From: Octopus vulgaris | Taxonomy: Eukaryota | DNA length: 64,000 nt | Assembly (NCBI GenBank): GCA_951406725.2 | Contig: OX597825.1 | Coordinates: 61,566,001 to 61,630,000, forward strand | Direction of reading: 5' to 3' | Shown here: piece by piece, positions 55,521 to 64,000 of the stretch | Numbering within the stretch: the stretch's first letter is position 1 | Layout of the letters: each line of letters opens with the position of its first letter | Program-made: the position numbers and the translations under genes | The notes under the pieces: model-generated | The model's input: the letters and a program-made list of their open reading frames with translations, nothing else | Database searches by the model: none | What the model was told of the DNA's origin: nothing

Positions 55521-56975
55521 TTCTATGTTTGACTTTTGCTTTACATTTGCACAAGCTGGCTCCAAGTCTCACCTAGAGACCTCAAGAGACAACAAGTTGG
55601 AAGTTCATGCTGGTGTTATGCCTAGGGTGCCATATATTTGGTTTTGGACTTAGTGTTGTACTAGTGAATGCCTAAAAAACCATACAAAAATTATGTTTGT
55701 TTTAAACCTTGAGATTACATAGAAAGTATTTTGCGTAGGATATGAGCAGTTCCCATGAGCACTATCTTTTGAATTTCTGCCATTTTGGGGTTTCCTGGTA
55801 TCTGAGCTAGGTAGCAATCAGCCCCTTTTGCTATCATTCCCAGGGCACCTATGACAACAGGTATTGTTTTAGTCTTCAGGTTCCACATTTTGCTGATTTC
55901 AATTTCCAGATCTTTATATTTGCTCAGTTTCTGGTAGGTCTTATTATTATTATTATTATCGGTGGCAAGCTAGCAGAATCGTTACTGTGCTAGGCAAAAT
56001 GCTCAGTGGCATTTCGTCCGTCTTTACATTCTGAGTTCAAATTCTACTGAGGCTGACTTTACCTTCCATCCTTTTGGGGTCGATAAAAATAAGTACCAGT
56101 TGATCATTGGGGTCAATGTGATCGACTTACCTCCTCCCACCAAAATTACTTGGCTTATGCCAAAATTTGAAGCCATAATTATTGTTATTATTATTATTTA
56201 TTTTTATCACAGATTTTGTTAGAGCTCCTGGGGTCTTACATGAGTAATGGGATTGCTACCTGCAGCCTAAGGTACCATGCTATCCATTCTTTTCAGCTAT
56301 CTAATACTTTCCTGATTATTCTGGCCATGCGAAGGAGGCAGAGCTTTTCAAACAGTTCTATTAGGTACTCTATACCAATTCCTTTTATGTTCTCCTTGAT
56401 GCCTTCTGATACTGTTCCCAAGGACCTAAGAATAATTGGCACTATCTTCACCTTCTTCATTTTCCATAGCCAGGCTTTTAGTACTTAAGAGGGTTGTATT
56501 TATCTATCCTTTCACCTGGGCATGCAACATCAACTATGTAGCATATATGGTGCATCTTATCCACATCAGTAGATCCAGTCTATTATGCTTTAACACCTGA
56601 TCTGTTTGGATTGGGAAATTCCAAAGGGTTTTGCTAGTCTCCTACTCCACCATTGTCAGTGTTTTGTGCTCATACCATGTCTTGCCTCTTGCTATCCTCC
56701 ACTCTTCTCACAGTTTCCAATGTAGCACTTTCACTACCTGATCATGTAGTGGTTTTGAGCAAGTCTAGGGCATTCATTTGTGATATGGGCAATGGTTTCA
56801 TCCACTCTATTGCAGATGCGGTACAGCAGCGATGCTTGCTCATTCTTCAGGTTGATCCTCCAGTTCATGGCCAAAGCTTGGTCTTGCACTGCCAGTAGAA
56901 TGCTCTTAGTCTCTTTTTTTAGTGTTCTTTTATCAGCCAATCCCACCTATTTTTTCTGGCAACTTCTGTTGTGAC
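55095..56975 (-). mobile_element. Cluster of R4/Dong-clade (RLE endonuclease) LINE 3' fragments within (TAA)n
   Basis: 55715-55940 reads KLSKYKDLEIEISKMWNLKTKTIPVVIGALG...MGTAHILRKILSM*. 55408-55482 reads LQEVQKIVLTGTSHLLRRALSM*. 56200-56975 reads LKKETKSILLAVQDQAL...RICNRVDETIAHITNEC (CCHC remnant). Fragments are separated by (TTA)n. Confidence 0.88.
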
Positions 56976-58299
56976 TACATGGGTTTAATTGTGTAGTGAA
57001 GGTCAAATAAAGAGTGTGTGTGTGTTTAATTGGCAAAAGATGGCCATCCCCAAGTATAACAATATATGATTCAACACACGTTTTCACATCAAGAATCTTG
57101 CAAAATAAATACTTAACCTTACTCTTATCTGAGGAAGTCTCTATATGTCCATTTGATCAGCTAGAAATTATAGTGAAAGTCCTCCAGATATAACTGAACT
57201 TTTTAACCAGAAATACCTGAAAGCCTTGACTTTTTTACTTTTATTTGTTTGTCAGGGGAGAGAACTGTACTTGTAACCCTTGAGTTGGCCTCTGAGAATG
57301 ATAGGAAGGAGAGATGGGGAGAGGAGGAAGATATTTTCCCACTGGACACTTAGCCCAAATGACTGCAACAGAGTGGACTCTGGAATAAGTAAGGTACTCA
57401 TGGATCAGGGGCAGAATTAAACCAAGAAATGGATTACATCAACCACACAAATAAGACACACTAGGGTTTGAACTCACAAAGCAACAGATGAAACAAATAC
57501 CATACACTATCCCATATAATGCTGTAGTAATTCAGCCAGTTTATGTCCCTTGAATGGTACTTTATAGACCCTGGGAAGATAAAAGACAAAGTTGCCCTTA
57601 GTGGGATTTGAACCAAGGCAAAAGAGCAGGAAATGTTAGCATGAGGAATGCATTTTGCCCAATATTCTAACAATATTCTAACATCGTCTATTTTATTGGA
57701 ACTCCTTTGAACTAATCAATCAGGGAAAATCTTAGGCTAAAGAACAACAACAACAATAATCTTTAAGAAAGCTTTCTGGAGATAGCACCTCCTTCACCTT
57801 CAGCTCTATCTCCTAGTAAAACTTGAAGAAATTAATGAAGAATTGATGGAGGTGCAACATATCTGGAATCAGTTACTTCCACTGTTTCTAGCATATGATA
57901 ACTTTCTCCATCGACACATTACAAGGTAGAATGCCTCAAAATTATTGTGGAAAATGGAGTTGATAGTAATGGTTTCAAATTTTGGTGCAAGGCCAGCAAC
58001 TTCTAGAAGGGGTTAAATCGATTGTATCGACCCCAGTGCACAAATGGTACTTATTTAATTGACTCCGAAAGGATGAAAGGCAAAGTAAACCTTGACAGAA
58101 ATAGATTCAATAATAATAATTCTTTTTAACACAAGCAAAACGCATGAATGTTGCAAGGAAGGATTTAGTTAATATCATTGACCTCAGTACATGACTAGTA
58201 CTTTATGTTGTAAACACTGGAAGGATGAAAGGTAAAGTTGACTTTGGTGGGATCCAAACTTCAACGATGTACATGCCTTCACATACAGACACAACTCTC

Positions 58300-58716
58300 T
58301 TTCTCTTTTCTCATTTACTTGTTTCAGTCATTTGACTGCAGCCATGCTGGAGCACCACCTTTAGTCAAGCAAACCGACCCCGGGACTTATTCTTTGTAAG
58401 CCCAGTACTTATTCTATTGGTCTCTTTTGCCGAACTGCTAAGTGACGGGGACATAAACACACCAGCATCGGTTGTCAAGCAATGCTAGGGGGACAAACAC
58501 AGACAAACAAACATATACACACAGATACATATATACATATATATACATATATACGACAGGCTTCTTTCAGTTTCCGTCTACTAAATCCACTCACAATGCA
58601 TTGGTCAGCCCAAGGCTATAGCAGAAGACATTTGCCCAAGATGCCACGCAGTGGGACTGAGCCCGGAACCATGTGGTTGGTAAGCAATCTACTTACCACA
58701 CAGCCACTCCTGCGCC
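58300..58716 (-). mobile_element. Full-length CORE-type tRNA SINE
   Basis: Homologous to 948-1339. Confidence 0.87.
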
Positions 58717-59158
58717 TATACAACTAAATACAATTATTCACATATACAATCTCTCTTTCATACACACACAAACACACACACACACATGTGCAAATATACA
58801 TTTCTACACACATGTACATAAATGGGGAAAAAAGCTACCTTCTGTGTATGAATATCCAGAAGAAATGCCACTTTGCATTCCATCTGATACTTTAATCTTA
58901 ATCTGTTCCACGTTTGCATGAGTGAGGTGGAATTTCTTGAGGCAGAATTTTCATAGCTTGATGCCTTTCCTGTCACCTGTCCTCACCTGTTTCCGAGTAA
59001 GTTAATATTTCCTTATGATCAGACATGTTTCCATGAAAAACTGGAAACAACATAGTTTGTGTACCTATGACATACACGTACAGCTATCACCCAATATAAA
59101 TACAAGGAAACACAGACATACATACACAGATATATATGAATAGATACACACACACATG

Positions 59159-59191
<33 letters not shown>

Positions 59192-59240
59192 GCGTGTGTG
59201 TGTGTGTGTGTCTGTGTGTGTGTGTGTCTGTGTGTGTGTG

Positions 59241-59525
59241 TGTGGAGGCACATAGTGGCTTGAGCAGTGGACTTGTGGTCGAGGGATCATGGGTTCGAAT
59301 CTCAGACTGAGCAACGTGTGTGTTTATGAGCGAAACACCTAAGCTCCATGTGGCTCTGGCAGAAGGTAACGGCAAACTTTTGCTGACTCTTTCGCCACAA
59401 CTTTCTCTCACTCTTTCCTCCTGCATCTTGCAGCTCCCCTGTGATGGACCGGCATTCCATCCAGGTGGGGAACCAATACACCAAGGAAACTGGGAAACTG
59501 GCCCTTATGAGCCAGGGATGGATCG
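59241..59525 (+). mobile_element. tRNA-derived mosaic SINE
   Basis: GGGTTCGAATCTC B-box; central domain as in 29105-29366; tail as in 44212-44468. Confidence 0.75.
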
Positions 59526-60330
59526 AGAAGGCACAAACAATATATATATATAACAAACAACAAGAGGATGTGCACAAAGGATGTATTAGTTTGATGCTCA
59601 GTGAGAGCAGAGAGATTTTGATGCTTTGAGTAAAGGAGAAAGGGAAAAGTCCAAAGAAGGAAAAAAAATCACCAGTGGCACGTCTGTAGTTACAATATAT
59701 ATGTACATATTGACAGTTGACTACATCCAGTTTACACCTACCAAATCTACAAGGTGTGGTTCTGGCTGGGGCAATCATAGAAGACAATCAACCAAGGTGC
59801 CTTGTAGTAGGACTGAACTTAAAAACAAGTGAACTTCCTAACCACAGAGCTACGCCTTCACCAATAATAACAGAGACAATGCTGCCGCTGCCACTGATGA
59901 TGATGATGATGAAGATGATACAAAATATCATCATCATCATCATGATTGCCTTAATTACTATGAAGTGTAGGCAGGAAGCTTTTATCACTCAACTGCAAGC
60001 GAGGATGTTCGTGTATCTGGTTCCAGTGTAGATAGCATCCACAGCAAAACAGGAGGAATAATTAAGCCGAGTTTGAAGAGGAAACTTGATATGCATTTCG
60101 TTTCATAAAGTAATTTTTCTAAAAAATTTAATTTGCATTTTTACATTTATTCAATGATTAGAATCTCTTTTAAAGAACTCTGTTGAAACAATATGTGTAT
60201 ATGTATATGTATATGTTTGTGTGTATGCTCTTGTGTGAATGCATTTCCTTGAATGTTCCTGTGCATTCATGTATAAGCATATCTACGTATAGATGTATAT
60301 ATTAATATAAAAATATATTATAGTATTAAG

Positions 60331-60364
<34 letters not shown>

Positions 60365-60557
60365 CATATATACATATATATATATACATATATATACATA
60401 GATATATACATATATATATATACATATATATACATATATATATACATATATATATATAATATACACATACACACATATATATATGTATATATATATTATA
60501 TATATATACATTATATATATTTATACACATACACATATATATTTATGTATATGTATA

Positions 60558-60621
<64 letters not shown>

Positions 60622-60664
60622 TCTCTCTCTCACTACAGACACACACATGTGCAAACACATACAT

Positions 60665-60697
<33 letters not shown>

Positions 60698-61871
60698 TGT
60701 ATATGAATTTATGTGCATATCTGTGTGTGTAAGTGTGTGTGTATTTATGCACCTCAACATATTGCAATGCATATTGATTTGTGTATTAAGATAGATGTCT
60801 ATAGACACACATAGACAATATTACTTTGGCATCAATCAGAAATATTTTATTCGCAGCAACAGTTCTTCAATGCACATATGAACTTACATTTATGCATATT
60901 CATTTGTACAGTGTACACATGCATACACATAGACTGCATGCACACTTGCATATATACTCAATGACAACTTGCATATGTGCATACAACCAAAGATACACAA
61001 CGATGTACATGCATTCACACACAGACACAATTAAATACAATTATTCACACATATAAACATATTCTTTCTTTCATACACACACATGTGCAAATATACATAT
61101 ATGCACACATGTGCAAATATACATTTATACACACATGTACACGTAAATGGGGAAAAAAGCTACCTTCTGTTTATGAATAAATAAAATCCATACAATTTCC
61201 ATAGACACAATAAACTAAATATATTTTAGATTATATATTTTTGCGTTCCCACAACAACAACAACAACAACAATAAAAAAAAACAACAGCAGCAATAATGA
61301 TAATAATAACAACAACAACAACAATAGCAACAACATACGAAACAATAATTACTGTATTTACGAAATCCCAATGTAAATGCTGTGATGTTGAAAGAAGATA
61401 TGTAATAAATGATGTCAAGTTATTTCATTGGTTGTTTTGTTTTGTGCTTGTGTTATGTCTCTTTCTTATATATTGATTGAAACATTTACATGAGAAATGT
61501 TAGCCTGAAAAATTCGCTTCCACTTTAAAATGTATATCTTGATAATTTCTTTCTCAAATGAATTGAAAGTTTATATGCTGATATAACAATGGTTGAAAAA
61601 AAAAAAAAAAAAAAAGTTATAGCAAAAAAAAAAAACAAAAAAAATAGAAACAAACAAACAAATAAAAGTGCCCATCCACCCTGCCCCCTCCACAGCATAC
61701 AAAACATGAAAAACGAAAAACTAAATTGCAATGGTAAAAAAAAATCAGAAAAAGCAAAATATACGTAAAAGCATTTGATGTGTTTTGTCTTATAAGTTGA
61801 AAAATCTTTCTTCTCACTGCAAAATAAAACAATTAATAGGAATATATGTGTATGCCAGTGCAATCTCATAT

Positions 61872-61903
<32 letters not shown>

Positions 61904-63060
61904 CTGTGTGTGTATATATGTATATATAAATACATATGTATATGTATGTGAGTGTAGGTATGTGTGTGAATGTTTGTATATTTGTATGTATATGTGTATG
62001 TATATAGCTTCATACATAGGCCTACGCATAATTATATGGTTGTTTTGTGAATATATATTTTGTTCATTCAGTTTTTGGTTTGTTTTCTATGTTAGAATAG
62101 AAAAATATATTATTGCAGCATTGTTTAACTCTCAGGTGCCTTTCCTATTGCTAACCCTTACTTGTTTTTCAGGTGAGGGGTCACTTATTTCATATTCTTC
62201 CATGTGAGAATTTGTTGACAGTTACAATAATATCACTCATAGCACATGATTTTCATCGAGCATATATGTAAACAAGCGCATATGTAAATCCATGGCAGCA
62301 TATATCTACCTACACACATACACACACACATGCACACCCATAGATAAATATATAAATAGATCAGAGACAAAAAATGGAATTCATGAGATTTTTAAAAATT
62401 CAAAACCACTACAATTGTTTCAACTCATTCTCCTACCTGTAGCTCATAGATGAGATACTGTGCAATCAATCATCTTGCATCACAGGTGTAGAATGCACCT
62501 CCTCAGGAGACTTTTTAAAAAATAAGTTTCTCAGTGTATCTTCTCACCATTTCATTTTTGCCTTATAATAATGTATAACCAGGTAGGTGGTGCCATCAAG
62601 CAGTTCTCTGTTGAATCTGAGACAAGACACACTTGCAATCAAAAAGTAAAGATACACAAGATACAAAGGACAAAACATGCATAAAATCAAAAATAAAAAT
62701 AAAATTAAAGATAAATAAAAATACATAGATAAAACATACAAGAAATCAAAATAATGATTCAAATAAATATAAATATAGATATCTTTTAATTTAAGCTTGT
62801 TTCAGTCTTTAGACTGCAGCCATGCTGGGGCACTGCCTTGAATAATGCTTAGTTGAATGGACCAGTTCCAGTATTTTTTCCCAAGTTTTACATGAATAGG
62901 GGCCGGTCTTTTTGATAGCATCCACATTGTACCTATGAACAAAATAATACTCACAATAGTTTGGCCATCATTTTGTCATAGCTTCATGAGTTGTGAACTT
63001 CTTAACTCTTAAAATGATGGAGTTGTGAAATTCCTTACAAATTATCTTATTCTGAATACC

Positions 63061-63512
63061 TTAATCCTTTACTATTTAAACTGGCTGTATCTGGCCCCAA
63101 ATTTTCTGTCCATTCTGTGTCCAAACCAGATCAGGCCTCTCACACTAACCTACAATGTTGTTATAAAAATAAGCAATCATGTGATCAAAATCTTAAAGTG
63201 ACAATATCACATGATTATTTTAAAACAATGAGAATAAATAAGCATTGCATTTGACAGAGTAATCTGAATACTAAAGTTTTAACCATTTTGGTAGCAACCC
63301 ACCTGAAACCACCTCTGGCTCTGTAGTACAAATCTCTTGTTTTCGAAAGTTCTGAATTAAAATCTTCCACCAAAAACTTAGTCACAAACTATGTTCCAAA
63401 CACTAGCTTAATGATTACTAAGTTATTTTTAACTAAATTCTTTGTTATATTTAAAATTAAATTGAAAGAAACACAGAGCATTTCAACAGAAATATGGTAA
63501 CAAAAAGGTTAA
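63061..63512. mobile_element. Two adjacent piggyBac-type MITEs sharing a TTAA
   Basis: TTAA at 63061-63064, 63279-63282 and 63509-63512. The right element is homologous to 36969-37196; the left has degraded CCTTT...AAAG termini. Confidence 0.7.
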
Positions 63513-64000
63513 GTTTTCCTTCCTTATATTGTATATGTATTTTCATGTAACTCTTTTTTTCCTTTCATTGAGTGTTTTTTGTCCTCTATGTTCGATTGTT
63601 CAACAGTTGAAAAGTATTGTATTCTAAGCACATGACTAACCTGTTTCTTCACAAACATTAATCTTTTTTACACTTCAACTCAATTTCTTTATACTTTCTC
63701 TTCCCTCACTAAATGTACGGTTCACTTCTGAGATTTTAACGACAGGTAAAGAAAGACAAAAAAAAAAAAAGAAAACCACTCTCTTGCAATATCAGAATAA
63801 ATTTAACTCCTTTCCTTTTATTTAAATTAATAGATTAATTAAACATCCACCTTTGCTTTGATACCATTCATTTCCTCATCCCAGTAGATTGCTTCATGAA
63901 AATAGTAATTTTCATTTTTGTAGAATCAAACGACATTATGTAATAAGTTACTGTCATCATTGTCATTATCACTACGTCAACCCCACCACTACCACCACCA

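Overview
AT-rich, microsatellite-saturated eukaryotic DNA. The repeat content (tRNA-derived CORE- and Meta-type SINEs, RTE LINEs with (TGA)n tails, long (TA)n/(TAGA)n/(TAA)n arrays) suggests a cephalopod, probably Octopus (inference). No intact host gene can be supported, and most long ORFs in the track are microsatellite artefacts. Mobile DNA present: a degenerate Gypsy LTR retrotransposon (1381-7188, -) with a nested 1.3-kb TIR element holding head-to-head telomeric repeats; Tc1 (DD36E spacing) and maT (DD37D) remnants; piggyBac-type MITEs; RTE, CR1 and R4/Dong LINE fragments; many SINEs; and Penelope-like (PLE) GIY-YIG remnants. The main signal invisible in the ORF track is a set of about nine minimal type I hammerhead ribozyme (HHR) motifs in varied non-coding elements. 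They include an apparently intact HHR (52711-52786), a recent 558-bp non-coding 1.2-mer with a terminal inversion (10371-11312), a tRNA-promoter/HHR chimera (37360-37790) and a ~320-330-bp tandem repeat (45545-46230). Together they look like a retrozyme/PLE-satellite system. All structures were read by eye and need computational confirmation.
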